Source: Nanobdellota archaeon
GTDB lineage: Archaea; Nanobdellota; Nanobdellia; Parvarchaeales; Parvarchaeaceae
Reading direction: 5' to 3'
DNA: 64,000 nt
Assembly: GCA_021807125.1 (NCBI GenBank)
Contig: JAKAPK010000001.1
Location: 251,079-315,078, forward strand
Shown: positions 42,074 through 52,328 of the stretch, piece after piece
Layout: the number at the start of each line of letters is the position of its first letter
Numbering within the stretch: the first letter of the stretch is position 1
The notes under the pieces: generated by a model
Databases searched by the model: none
What the model was told of the DNA's origin: nothing
Seen by the model: the letters and a program-made list of their open reading frames with translations, nothing else
Program-made: the position numbers and the translations under genes

Positions 42074-42559
42074 ATGAAAGACAAAATAAGCATCACCCTT
42101 GATGAAAAATTAATGAAGTATATCGATATAATACGCGGTGACATTCCGAGGAGCAAATTTATTGAAAATTACCTCAGAGACAGTAGTGGGTTGTTTGAAG
42201 CAGTTTGGATCTTCTCAGATGAGCTAAAAAAAGTAAATTGGAGATCGCAATTTTCTGCACATACTTCTCAACCGTTGGGTAAACCTTTACACAAGCATGA
42301 GGGATTTATAGGGATAGTTCCTAATGAAATAAAATTTTATGACGGGCAGCTATTACCCTTATTTAATGTAGCTAAAAAAGATGCTAAAAAAATAAAAGTC
42401 GGATACGATGATAATTTTAAAAGATTCGGAGATTCGCGTGGATTAATGCCTCCGCTACATTTCTCATTTGATAAAAAAACGATCTATATATTCACGAGAC
42501 AAATTGGAAAAGTGTTTTTCACGGGAAACGATGAAGAAATTTTAAGAAAGGTAAAGTAG
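42074..42559 (+). CDS. Ribbon-helix-helix (CopG-like) regulator with a C-terminal domain
   Basis: 'KISITLDEKL...ID..RG..PRSKFIE'. Confidence 0.7.
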   Translation: MKDKISITLDEKLMKYIDIIRGDIPRSKFIENYLRDSSGLFEAVWIFSDELKKVNWRSQFSAHTSQPLGKPLHKHEGFIGIVPNEIKFYDGQLLPLFNVAKKDAKKIKVGYDDNFKRFGDSRGLMPPLHFSFDKKTIYIFTRQIGKVFFTGNDEEILRKVK

Positions 42560-42700
42560 ACTGCACATTTTCACGAGCAAATAAGCTGTTGATTTAATTC
42601 TTAAAAAGAAAATGCGCAGCGGCATCTTCAATTAAATGTACCATATAATGATACGCGATTAAATAACCATTAAATATAATGCAGTAATTATATAAACAAT

Positions 42701-45700
42701 ATGCCTAAATCACAATCTGCCTTAGAATATATGATGACTTATGGCTGGGCAATCCTGATAATAGTCCTTATAGCGGCGATACTTTTCTCCTTTGGTATAT
42801 TCAATCCTTCGACCAGCGTTACAAACGCCCCTCTGATAACAGGTTTCTCCGATATTCCAGTAACTACAGCGGTGGCTAATAATAGCTTCTTCAAGATAAC
42901 TCTGTCAAACCAGTATGGGCAGACAGTAAGGCTAAACAACGCAACTATGCTCTTTGGAAGCACAACGTTCACGAAAAACAACTGCACGAACATCGTGTTA
43001 ACAGCTGGACAGTACGCAAGCTGCTACGTTGAAGGAACTTTCTCAGGAAGCACGATATCCGTAGTTGGGACGATATTTTATACCATAATCGACAGCAATT
43101 TTAACACGTCTACGACAGGAACTATAAGGGTTCAGAATAGCGGCGAGCCGTTATACCCTGCAAGTGTAGCGATGTGTTCTCTTAGTTATTTACTTAATAA
43201 GACAAGTGATAATAAATCTGGAGTTAATTTAGACAATGTAAGCTGGAAGATAGCCAATGCCGGTGAATTTGCTGTAGTAATGGCTGCCAGTGGCGCTAAA
43301 TTGTTCGGTGGAAGTTTTAAGATTCCTTCTGGTTGCTATTTCGCAGAACAGAAATCTGACTCATCGAATTCAAGTATAGTCATCTGTCCTAATCAATCTC
43401 CTGGCAGTTACAGTGTGAATGTCACGAATAACGGTGATTCTGTAGCTTTAGCTGCTTACATATTCCATGGGCCTATGTGTTACTATTCTATCAACGGCAC
43501 GACAGGAGGAACTATACTAAAGTCCTCTTTGCCAGCTGGCGCCAGCCTCTATCTATGTGATGCAGCTTCAAATACTGCCTCTGATTTTCTTAATTCTTCT
43601 GTGACGGATGTGAACGCTACAAACGCTGAAATAGGCCATCAAACGGGCAATATCTGCTATGGTATAGACCCGACTATGCCGGTATTCGGACAAAGCTTAT
43701 CGTTTATAAGTCTGAATAGTAGTTTCGCTAACGTCACGACATTCTCCGAAACCGGACTGCCTTCAAATATCAAGTGGAATGTTACTTATGACGGAACACT
43801 AAAGGGTACTAAATCGCCGGCGAATATAATATTTGTTACATTACCAGGTAACTATTCATATTCTGCAACAGCTCTGAGCAACTCTTCATCAAATTGCACC
43901 TCTGTATATACTCCTTCAGCGGCTTCAGGATATGATGTCTCTGGCACGCCAAAAAGTATAATATTTTCTACTTCCACATCTTGCTCTACGACTTTCAGCG
44001 AGAGCGGGCTGCCCAGTGGCTCTCTGTGGAACGTTACCTATAGTTCTGTATATAATGCTTCTACCGCAGTAAACGTAACCGCAACTACTACCGTAGGTAT
44101 ACACAGCTTTGCGCTATACCGACAGGATGTGAACGGCTGTGTATATATACCGCTCAATTCTTCCTCACTTCAGCCCATGTTCAGCGGAAATCTGAAGGCT
44201 GGTGCTTTCCAAAAAGTGAAGTATAACCTTACTTACTGTCTTACGACCTTTGACGAATCCGGTCTTCCTTTAAGTACTATCTGGAATGTGACATTCAATG
44301 GGACATTACAGCAGTCAACGTCAACTAAAATAATATTCAATACTACTAATAGATCACTTCCCTTTTTGACTCATATCGCATACAGTGGCGGAACACCATA
44401 CTGTCAGGCGCCGGTTTCAGGAAACTTATTTGCTGGGTCTATTATTACAGTTACTTATTCGTCTACGTGTATCACGACTACTTTCACTGAAACAGGTTTG
44501 AAATCAGGTAAAATCTGGTCGGCGGTCTACGATAACGAATCAAATACTTCTTCTGATAGCGTTATAACGCTAAGATCGATACCTGGAACTTTTGCATTCA
44601 CGATACCAGCCCAATTTAATTCTTCTTCTGTTTGTGAGATGGCTTTACTTTCTTCAAACAGCTCCGGCAGACTGGTAGCAGGTTCCACAAAATCAGAAAC
44701 ATTCAATGAAACTTGTGCTATATATTCCAATGAACATATAATTGCGGGACAAAAGATAGTCTATAACTGGTCTAGTTCGGTTGTACCGGACTTGTATTAT
44801 CCAACGAATGGCATTATGTATACTGAACACCCTATAAACAGCAGCTGGCGTGAGTGGTACGAAGTAAATGGCACTTATATACAATATATATCATCACCAT
44901 TTAAACCCCCTGCTGAGTTTATTAGAACTTGCCCATCCGAGTGTCCGGCTGCGGGAGTAATCGGCACGGAAGGTTACTTCTTTGACAGTAATACTGGCTA
45001 TATCTACTCATCAAAGGGAGAGATATTCAATGGAAGCAGCACGTCGTTTCTAGGTTTTGATAACGGTTTTGGCCTGACAAAAATCCCGTATGATTTCAGC
45101 GTAATAAACAATTCGGGATATGTCTACTTACCGAACCCGAATGGACAAATATCCTTGATAAATAAAAAAACCCTGTTAACAAATATAACGGTAGGCAACT
45201 TCTCCAGGCTTTCTACTCCTTATTATGGCAATGGCGATCAATATGCTGGTGAACAAACAGGTTTGACTATGGATAATGTTAATAACTATACCTATGTTAT
45301 TGCCTTTCCTTTAAACAGGACGCTGGTGATTAGTGGTACTTCGGTAATCGCAAATCTGTCGATGATAAGGCCTTTGTATGACATAGTCGATACATTCCAT
45401 AATTATGTATATGTAATAGATGGATTAAATGGAACCAATATAGACATATTAAGCGGTACAAGTGTCATCGGGAGCTTAACTGTAGACAAAACATTGGATG
45501 TTTGTTCACCTCCTTTCTCCGCTACTAAGAGTAGCTGTATGTATTCAGCATCAAATCCAATTTATAACCCTGGCAATCACTTATTATATGTTGCCACTGA
45601 GGGAGGCTATACAAATATAATAAACGGCACGTTACTTGTAGGGAACGTATCCTCTCTAAACCCAAAAAATACAACTATAACCGGTTTAGGATATGATGCA

Positions 45701-46006
45701 GCCAAAAGTTACGTTTACGTCGGAAGCAGGGGTTATAATTCCAATTCTAGTGGGACTTACTATCACGACTATATCACAGTGATAAATGGCACCAAGGGAA
45801 TAGCAAATATAACTGTAACCACGGGCGCAAAAGGCAGTGGAATACAAGCTCTTGGTCAACAGATATACGATCCCTCGAATGGGTTCATGTACATTGGTGA
45901 CCCGCAGGATAACCAAACGATAATAATGAATCAAACGACGATAGTAGAACGACTCCCGTTAACACTGAGCGGTGCCACTCTTGTTGGCAAATACTACGAA
46001 GTATAA
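42701..46006 (+). CDS. Large class III signal-peptide adhesin-like protein (4 E[ST]GL repeats plus beta-propeller)
   Basis: 'PKSQSALEYMMTYGW'; repeats FSETGLP, FSESGLP, FDESGLP, FTETGLK; 'YNPGNHLLYV' and 'YDPSNGFMYI' blades. Confidence 0.8.
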   Translation: MPKSQSALEYMMTYGWAILIIVLIAAILFSFGIFNPSTSVTNAPLITGFSDIPVTTAVANNSFFKITLSNQYGQTVRLNNATMLFGSTTFTKNNCTNIVLTAGQYASCYVEGTFSGSTISVVGTIFYTIIDSNFNTSTTGTIRVQNSGEPLYPASVAMCSLSYLLNKTSDNKSGVNLDNVSWKIANAGEFAVVMAASGAKLFGGSFKIPSGCYFAEQKSDSSNSSIVICPNQSPGSYSVNVTNNGDSVALAAYIFHGPMCYYSINGTTGGTILKSSLPAGASLYLCDAASNTASDFLNSSVTDVNATNAEIGHQTGNICYGIDPTMPVFGQSLSFISLNSSFANVTTFSETGLPSNIKWNVTYDGTLKGTKSPANIIFVTLPGNYSYSATALSNSSSNCTSVYTPSAASGYDVSGTPKSIIFSTSTSCSTTFSESGLPSGSLWNVTYSSVYNASTAVNVTATTTVGIHSFALYRQDVNGCVYIPLNSSSLQPMFSGNLKAGAFQKVKYNLTYCLTTFDESGLPLSTIWNVTFNGTLQQSTSTKIIFNTTNRSLPFLTHIAYSGGTPYCQAPVSGNLFAGSIITVTYSSTCITTTFTETGLKSGKIWSAVYDNESNTSSDSVITLRSIPGTFAFTIPAQFNSSSVCEMALLSSNSSGRLVAGSTKSETFNETCAIYSNEHIIAGQKIVYNWSSSVVPDLYYPTNGIMYTEHPINSSWREWYEVNGTYIQYISSPFKPPAEFIRTCPSECPAAGVIGTEGYFFDSNTGYIYSSKGEIFNGSSTSFLGFDNGFGLTKIPYDFSVINNSGYVYLPNPNGQISLINKKTLLTNITVGNFSRLSTPYYGNGDQYAGEQTGLTMDNVNNYTYVIAFPLNRTLVISGTSVIANLSMIRPLYDIVDTFHNYVYVIDGLNGTNIDILSGTSVIGSLTVDKTLDVCSPPFSATKSSCMYSASNPIYNPGNHLLYVATEGGYTNIINGTLLVGNVSSLNPKNTTITGLGYDAAKSYVYVGSRGYNSNSSGTYYHDYITVINGTKGIANITVTTGAKGSGIQALGQQIYDPSNGFMYIGDPQDNQTIIMNQTTIVERLPLTLSGATLVGKYYEV

Positions 46007-46009
46007 TTT

Positions 46010-46420
46010 TGCGGCATAAAAAATTTGTGAGTATCACCGCATAATAACGAAGAAAAAACGCTTGGATTTTTGTTAAATTTTGTATTTTTGTGTGTTAGTT
46101 TTTAAAAGTATGATTTATCCTACTTATCTTACTATTAAAGATTATCAGATATCCCCTCTTATATTTAACAATATTATTATAATATCATATTATTAAATAA
46201 TAAATAAAATATTATAATATTATTATAGATGCTTTAATTTTTTCTATTTTATATATTTTATAAATTATATTATTTTAGTAATTATATTAATATATATAAA
46301 TATTAGTTTTATATTATTATTTATATTAATTAATCCATAGTGCGAAGATTTATTTACTGCAAAAAGGTAAAAGTATTTATATAAATAACTTCTAATAATT
46401 ATTATAGTGTAAAATTGGGG
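46010..46420. other. Long, extremely AT-rich intergenic region containing TATCCTACT-TATCTTACT
   Basis: Nearly pure A/T from about 46160 to 46335; 9-mer tandem at 46116-46133. Confidence 0.6.
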
Positions 46421-46428
46421 GTAATATT

Positions 46429-46920
46429 ATGGCATATGAAGGAACAATTCATTCGAGAGAAGTTGTAAAGTCAAATGGCTTCCCGGTGAAGCTTTACAAT
46501 TTTAAATCAGCTTTTGCAAGTGAAGCGTTTCCCGATAGACGTTCGTCAGCCCAGCATTTGCTCGAGATATTAAACAAAGAATTAACTGAAAATTCTAGAA
46601 AACGTTATTCTCATGGCATAGCAGGAGCATGGGGCTTCAAATCTGAATCTTCTCATTCTGGAGTGGACGATCGATACGGCGTCAAGGCAATGGATCTTTT
46701 TTTGTATTCACGTGAACCTAACTGGAAAACAAATCCCGTAATGTTGGCTTCGGTGTACAATGATGGTTCTCTTGTTAAAACGCCTTCAGAAACAACTTGC
46801 GAGACGATGACTATAATATTGGGCGAAGAAGGAAAGCTCAGGAGAAGATGCCAAAATCTGGATGAATTCATTGGATCATGGCCCGATATACAACCACTTG
46901 GGCCTACGAACAGCGAATAG
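46429..46920 (+). CDS. Hypothetical protein
   Basis: 163-aa ORF after a GGGGGT ribosome-binding site. Confidence 0.6.
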   Translation: MAYEGTIHSREVVKSNGFPVKLYNFKSAFASEAFPDRRSSAQHLLEILNKELTENSRKRYSHGIAGAWGFKSESSHSGVDDRYGVKAMDLFLYSREPNWKTNPVMLASVYNDGSLVKTPSETTCETMTIILGEEGKLRRRCQNLDEFIGSWPDIQPLGPTNSE

Positions 46921-46977
46921 ATTCTCAAATAGATTGTTATAGAAACATTATTAATGCGATGACTGTTTTGCTGTCAT

Positions 46978-47955
46978 ATGATAGCACCGAAATTAAAAGC
47001 TGGAGACGGAGTAAGGATAATCGCGCCTGCAAGAAGCAGGAAACTGCCATTCATAAGCGATGATATAAAAAAAGATGCGCTCCAAAATCTTGAGAAACTC
47101 GGCTTAAGTGTAAGTTTTGGAAAACATATAGATGAAGTAGACGAATTTTATTCTACAAGCGTAGAACACCGGCTTGAAGACCTGCACGACGCATTTGCTG
47201 ACAAAAACGTTAAAGCGATATTGACCGTGATAGGCGGCTTCAATTCGAACCAGCTTCTTCAATACATAGACTACAAACTAATAAAAAAGAATCCGAAGAT
47301 ACTTTGCGGATATTCTGATATTACAGCGCTACAACACGCTATATATAAGGAGACTGGCCTGGTTACCTATTCCGGTCCGCATTATTTCACCTTCGGGAGA
47401 CCTCCGTTTTATGATTACACTGTGGATTACTTTAAGAAATGTCTTTTTGATGATAAACCTTTCGAAATAATGCCGGCTAAACTGGTCGGTGAGCATTCCT
47501 CAAAGGAGTCCATCGAAATAGAGTACCAAAATTCCGGTTTTTGGCTATTTCAGAAAGGCACTGCGAAAGGCAAAATACTCGGTGCGAATTTGTGCACATT
47601 AAATCTCTTACAAGGTACAGAATTCATGCCCGATATACGAAATTGCATACTCTTTGTGGAGGACGATGGCGTTAGCGACAAAGTGACATTTGACAGGGAC
47701 CTGCAGTCTCTCATGCAGCTGCCAGGCGCAAAGAGTATAAAGGCCCTGGTTATAGGCCGCTTTCAGAAAGAAAGCGACATAAGTATGGATATCCTAGAAA
47801 GGATAATACGCAGCAAAAAGGAACTCAAAAAGGTACCTATAATTGCAAATGTTGACTTCGGACATACATATCCTATGATAACTTACCCAATAGGCGGAGA
47901 AGCGAGCATAAAGATTGGAAATGAATCTGCTGAACTCAAGATAATCAAGCATTAA
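46978..47955 (+). CDS. S66 peptidase (MccF/LD-carboxypeptidase family)
   Basis: 'IGGFNSNQLL', 'GYSDIT' (catalytic Ser), 'TYSGP', 'FVED', 'DFGHTYP'. Confidence 0.9.
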   Translation: MIAPKLKAGDGVRIIAPARSRKLPFISDDIKKDALQNLEKLGLSVSFGKHIDEVDEFYSTSVEHRLEDLHDAFADKNVKAILTVIGGFNSNQLLQYIDYKLIKKNPKILCGYSDITALQHAIYKETGLVTYSGPHYFTFGRPPFYDYTVDYFKKCLFDDKPFEIMPAKLVGEHSSKESIEIEYQNSGFWLFQKGTAKGKILGANLCTLNLLQGTEFMPDIRNCILFVEDDGVSDKVTFDRDLQSLMQLPGAKSIKALVIGRFQKESDISMDILERIIRSKKELKKVPIIANVDFGHTYPMITYPIGGEASIKIGNESAELKIIKH

Positions 47956-47992
47956 GTCGATTATTTATACAACATGTTTTCTATACAATATT

Positions 47993-48457
47993 ATGGGGGA
48001 AATGGAAGAAGTTGGTATAAGCAGTTTAGATGAGCTTGTCGAACTTAAAAAACAGGAAGCCGTATCAAAAGGCATATATGAAACCGCGTACGAAGTAGCT
48101 AAAAAATACGGTAGCTTCAGAGGAGGTCATACTTTATTATATGAAGAGCGCGAGCCGAACGGCAAATTCCTCGGTATAATCCCTAAGACTAAACGCATAT
48201 TTGCCATAGAATACGATGAAGTGAGAGACCTTTACTGCGGCATTTATAGCAGGCATATGAAAATATACGAAGGAAATAATTTGATCTTTAAAGCGGATGC
48301 AGAAGACTTTGAAGGACTGGCCCGAGTTTGGGGGTGGAGTGACCCAAAAATAGAACGTTATATATCTTCTGAAGGCTGGGAAAAGCACCTCAAAGACCTA
48401 CTTTTTAATGGGCCTAAACCGTTGCAGGAAAGAGTCCGCGAGAACTTTAATCTGTAA
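47993..48457 (+). CDS. Hypothetical protein
   Basis: 154-aa ORF with TTTATA upstream. Confidence 0.6.
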   Translation: MGEMEEVGISSLDELVELKKQEAVSKGIYETAYEVAKKYGSFRGGHTLLYEEREPNGKFLGIIPKTKRIFAIEYDEVRDLYCGIYSRHMKIYEGNNLIFKADAEDFEGLARVWGWSDPKIERYISSEGWEKHLKDLLFNGPKPLQERVRENFNL

Positions 48458-48539
48458 TTTCCGTCTTTTGGGAAAATCTCACGCTTAATTTCAAATGTTT
48501 CCTTAAAGCTTTAAATCTTTTTAGTGTTTACACATCAAT

Positions 48540-48901
48540 ATGAATCGAAATATAAGCATGGAATATTCGGAAATAGCGGAAAGTTTTTCCAAGTATTTAA
48601 GTGCTGAAATGGGGAAAAAAATAGATGCGATAATTATCTATGGATCGGTTGCCAGAAAACAAGCGAAAAAGGCAAGTGATATAGACCTTATGATCGTTAC
48701 CAAATACGCAAATAGCCCGGGCTTTATAAGGAAATTATATCACATAAAAGGCACATTTGAGCAGCTTGGGGATTTCAAGTTCCTAATATCACTATTTGTC
48801 ATAACGCCGGAGACGTTAAAAAAGGAAAAAAAATGAATACCCCGTTTATAGCGAATGTAAAAAGCGATGCTGTAAGGCTGTATGGAAAAAAGGTCATCTA
48901 A
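48540..48901 (+). pseudogene. Minimal nucleotidyltransferase (MNT antitoxin), frameshifted in an A8 run
   Basis: 'IIYGSVAR...SDIDL'; the typical C-terminus 'NTPFIANVKSDAVRLYG' continues in another frame after A8 at 48826-48833. Confidence 0.75.
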
Positions 48902-49001
48902 AGGCTTGCTTGAGAGTTATTTGAATCTCGCGGATAAGACTCTCGGCTACGATTATGAGAAAAACAATAAACACAAAAATATAAAATATCTAAAGAGATA
49001 A
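48882..49001 (+). pseudogene. Truncated HEPN toxin N-terminus
   Basis: MEKRSSKGLLESYLNLADKTL overlaps the MNT end and resembles HEPN helix 1, then runs into unrelated sequence. Confidence 0.5.
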
Positions 49002-49100
49002 GATAGCTAGATTAGTTCGCGAAAGATCGGTTTTCTCAATAAAAAGACACTCAATTCTCCTTTTAGGATAATAGATATGCACTTTATTCCTCTCCAAAAC

Positions 49101-49275
49101 AAGTACCCCTATAAAAGGTATCCTCGACACTTGATGTGGATCAAAGGCCCACTTTACCCTATTTTAGGCCATTTTCTAACCTACAAAGGTATCCGATAGG
49201 TGCCTTTATGGGTACTGTGGTATCTATTTTGTACGGTTTCAGATACTATTGTAAAAGGTACCAAAAGAGCTAAAA
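49101..49275. repeat. Degenerate GGTAYC repeat array
   Basis: AAAGGTAYC three times (GGTA at 49117, 49188, 49257) plus variants at 49199, 49211, 49219, 49231, 49241. Confidence 0.45.
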
Positions 49276-49292
49276 AGCACCAAAATCAGACT

Positions 49293-49772
49293 TTATGCTA
49301 TAAACCAATGCATAAATGGTGCCCCTTTATCGAAAGCAGCACCCAGCTTCTTATAAAATTTTATCGCCGATTTATTCTTATCCCAAACACAAAAGTAGAC
49401 CGCAAAGCCCCCTTTCTTTTTACATATGTCCGCAGCTCGCTTCATTAATAATTTACCTACGCCTTGGCCGCGCGCATATGAGCTAACAAACAAATCGACT
49501 ACATGTATTACCGGTCCCAACATCTCATCCGGATCGTATCCAAAATGATAACAGAGATATCCGACAGGAACACCGCCTTTTTTTGCTATCAACGTATAGA
49601 ACAGGCGCTTCTTACCAAAGCCGTAACGCATGAAGGCTTTTTGCCGCTTTTGGGCATAGTTTTTACGTTTCTTGGTAGTAAGACTCTGCAGGTATGCATC
49701 AAATTCTTTCTGAAGTCTAAACACATCTATTGCATCGGATTTCCTGGCAGGCACGATTTCGATTTTGACCAT
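49293..49772 (-). CDS. GNAT acetyltransferase (SSAT-like)
   Basis: 'VDLFVSSYARGQGVGKLLM', 'VWDKNKSAIKFYKKLGA'. Confidence 0.88.
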   Translation of the reverse strand: MVKIEIVPARKSDAIDVFRLQKEFDAYLQSLTTKKRKNYAQKRQKAFMRYGFGKKRLFYTLIAKKGGVPVGYLCYHFGYDPDEMLGPVIHVVDLFVSSYARGQGVGKLLMKRAADICKKKGGFAVYFCVWDKNKSAIKFYKKLGAAFDKGAPFMHWFIA

Positions 49773-49913
49773 ATGATAACTTACTGTAAACGAATTATAT
49801 AAATATTAAAATTGATTCGAGCGGAATTAGAGGGGGGTAAAATTGCCATTTTGATGCTTTTTGACGGTAAATTAAGTCTCAACTATGCTTTTTAGCTGTG
49901 CTATGTCCTTGAT

Positions 49914-50372
49914 CTATACTTCTTTATGAGGACATTCTTCAAATGCTTTTTTGCACGCCTTACAATTGTCCTGATTGCGATTATGTAAAGTTTCTCTTAT
50001 TACCCTTGCTTTAGTAGGGGCGAATAAAAGATACTCAACGTAGTGTTTTACGCCGTCGTACCCACGACTTTTAGCTAAACTATTAAGAACATCGTCTCCT
50101 TTCATGTCTGCAGCAGCGAGTTCTGGGTCTTTTTCTTCTAACAAATCCAGAATTTTCACGCGTCTTAAACGTATTGTGTAAGTTACAGGTAAACTATGAC
50201 GATTACGACGTTCTTCGGCGTGCGTATGAGCATATAGCCCGGCTTCATGCTTGCAATCGGTAAGATAAAGCCCATAGCCAAACCTGCCATTGCTTTCGTG
50301 CAACACATCCATCAGACTCGAAACACCCCTGTAAAGCGTAAGGTCTTTGATTTTTCCCATAGTTTTGATCAT
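49914..50372 (-). CDS. ADP-ribosyltransferase-like protein (ART-PolyVal-like), paralog 1
   Basis: 'LYRGV', 'FGYGLYLT', 'A.LYA', 'ILDL', 'GYDGV', 'EYLLF', C-terminal H..CxxC. Confidence 0.6.
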   Translation of the reverse strand: MIKTMGKIKDLTLYRGVSSLMDVLHESNGRFGYGLYLTDCKHEAGLYAHTHAEERRNRHSLPVTYTIRLRRVKILDLLEEKDPELAAADMKGDDVLNSLAKSRGYDGVKHYVEYLLFAPTKARVIRETLHNRNQDNCKACKKAFEECPHKEV

Positions 50373-50447
50373 TAACGGTTTAAGTTATAATTTTAATGTA
50401 AGATTCGAAGAGATATATAAGCATTAAACGCCCTTTTTGACTGGAAG

Positions 50448-51083
50448 CTAAGGAGTGCACATTGACCTCGGACCGTACATCGGGACACCAAGGACCATCT
50501 CTCTCTTACCGCCAAGGTTTCTATATATATCCCACCATCCATGTCCGTGGGCCGCTTCTAGATCGTTTCGATACCCGTGTATTATCCTATCCAGCTTGTG
50601 GGCTTCTTCGTGTATTATGGTCTGTTTTAATCCCGTACGGCCTTGTGAATACGGCGTACCTATCAGGGCATCCCTGATCACTAACACTAAATTTATCCTT
50701 ATTTCCCCGGTTACTTGATTATAGTCTGCTTCTTTGTCTCTCGACAACAAGGCGATATGATAACTATGTGGTTCGGGAAGGATCAATGATTTCGGAAGCT
50801 TTAAACTTTCAATATAATTTCTATATTTTGGGTTATTCGTGTAAGAATCTCTGACTTCCCAGATTCTTTCAGCAAGCCGACTTTCCAGCATTTCGAGTGT
50901 TATTTTACCTTTCAATGGAGCCAAGCCCATCCAATTTACAAGGGCCCTCTCAAGGTCGGATTTTGTGACGTCTGAGTAAGGCGCTTGCTCACCCCGATAC
51001 GTCCAATTGTAATGATCCGGTACTTTTATTCTACTCAGGTCTAAAATACCTTCTATTGGTCTTTTTTTCATAGTTTTGATCAT
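50448..51083 (-). CDS. SprT-like zinc metallopeptidase
   Basis: 'TIIHEEAH...AHGHGWW..Y..LGG'. Confidence 0.72.
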   Translation of the reverse strand: MIKTMKKRPIEGILDLSRIKVPDHYNWTYRGEQAPYSDVTKSDLERALVNWMGLAPLKGKITLEMLESRLAERIWEVRDSYTNNPKYRNYIESLKLPKSLILPEPHSYHIALLSRDKEADYNQVTGEIRINLVLVIRDALIGTPYSQGRTGLKQTIIHEEAHKLDRIIHGYRNDLEAAHGHGWWDIYRNLGGKREMVLGVPMYGPRSMCTP

Positions 51084-51111
51084 TAACCAATAATATTAAG
51101 TTAATTTAGAT

Positions 51112-51597
51112 TTAAGGACGTATATATGGATTCCAATACTCTGAGTTGCTTAATACTCTTACTTTCGGTTTCAGCATCATCCGTTCGATTGCGTCATTTG
51201 CAGCGTCAAAATCATCATGCGTGTACGATATTATGCCGAACGCGTTCTTCAGCACCAGTTTCTGGTCATTTTCGTTGTATCGTCCTATACCTAGATAAGC
51301 TATCTGCGCCTTATATCTTGCAGGATGATGGACCTTTCCGTCGGCATGCATCAGTTCGTGAAGCAGGGAACGGTCGATAACACGCCACGAGGCTTCTTCT
51401 ACAGGTAATCTTGTTTTCTGTGTGTATTGATATAACGGAAGATGCATTAGCCTGTTCACATAAATGGATATGCTGCCGCCCGGAAGCATCATTGCCGTGA
51501 TACTATCGTCCGCAGTACCCTCATAAGATCTTGATGTGTAATTTACCCGTGCCGGTGGTTTGATCTTTAGAATTCCTTCTATAAATCGCTTTATCAT
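51112..51597 (-). CDS. HExxH zincin-like protein
   Basis: 'ISIYV', 'SLLHELMHADGKVHH'; start overlaps the stop of the upstream ORF. Confidence 0.6.
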   Translation of the reverse strand: MIKRFIEGILKIKPPARVNYTSRSYEGTADDSITAMMLPGGSISIYVNRLMHLPLYQYTQKTRLPVEEASWRVIDRSLLHELMHADGKVHHPARYKAQIAYLGIGRYNENDQKLVLKNAFGIISYTHDDFDAANDAIERMMLKPKVRVLSNSEYWNPYIRP

Positions 51598-52214
51598 GTT
51601 TTTACCGCCGGAACGTATTTTGTGCGACTCTGCTTCATGTAGCTTAAGCCTAAATCAACGCCTAAAATTATTGTTGCAGCACCGATCAGACCTTCAACCA
51701 CATTCGATACTGGAGCACTATAGAGAATATCATTAACGACAGGCAAGAAGGATTGTGCTCCTATATATAGCCCGCCTGCCAGAAGTCCCAACGATGCTGC
51801 AGCTTTAGCATATAGGCTGCCGGAAGTCGATTTGTAACCGCTTGGAAATTTCGTACTTTCATGGATATAAGATCTTGCAGCAATTGTTCCTACGCCTAAC
51901 AAAGCAGCCGCTGTCAATATTCCCAATGTATTGTTAGGCCCTCCGGAAATGCCTGTAGAAACGAAGAAAGAAGATATTCTATGGAACAGAGGATTTGAAT
52001 AAATCTGACAGAAGATTCCGCACTGTCCCGGCGCTGCGGAAACGGATGTTGGCGTGCTGACCGCTCCGACGTCGTTTAACCTATCTAAAGTATCGACTTC
52101 TGTTAGACCTGTTCCTGAACTTAAGCCGAGTACGGCCAATAGGTGCTTTGGTTTGATAACGCGAATATTGCTCTTGTGATTCGTCAGACTGTCTTCTAAG
52201 GTGTTTTTTGCCAT
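51594..52214 (-). CDS. Gly/Ala-rich membrane protein
   Basis: Likely start MAKNTLEDSL (ATG 52214, TATA about 25 bp upstream); 3-4 hydrophobic helices. Confidence 0.65.
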   Translation of the reverse strand: MAKNTLEDSLTNHKSNIRVIKPKHLLAVLGLSSGTGLTEVDTLDRLNDVGAVSTPTSVSAAPGQCGIFCQIYSNPLFHRISSFFVSTGISGGPNNTLGILTAAALLGVGTIAARSYIHESTKFPSGYKSTSGSLYAKAAASLGLLAGGLYIGAQSFLPVVNDILYSAPVSNVVEGLIGAATIILGVDLGLSYMKQSRTKYVPAVKT

Positions 52215-52328
52215 CTTAAGCGGTATAAGAGAATATATTATATAAGTACTTTTGTTGCTGATAACTTGCATTAAATCCTCTGGATAATAAAATATGAGCG
52301 GAAAATTTTTTCATGATTATAAACTGCC

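Noticed and set aside
46140-46170. dif/Xer recombination site
   Set aside because: Only one arm (TTATATTTAA) resembles the consensus; there is no matching inverted arm at a 6-bp spacer.
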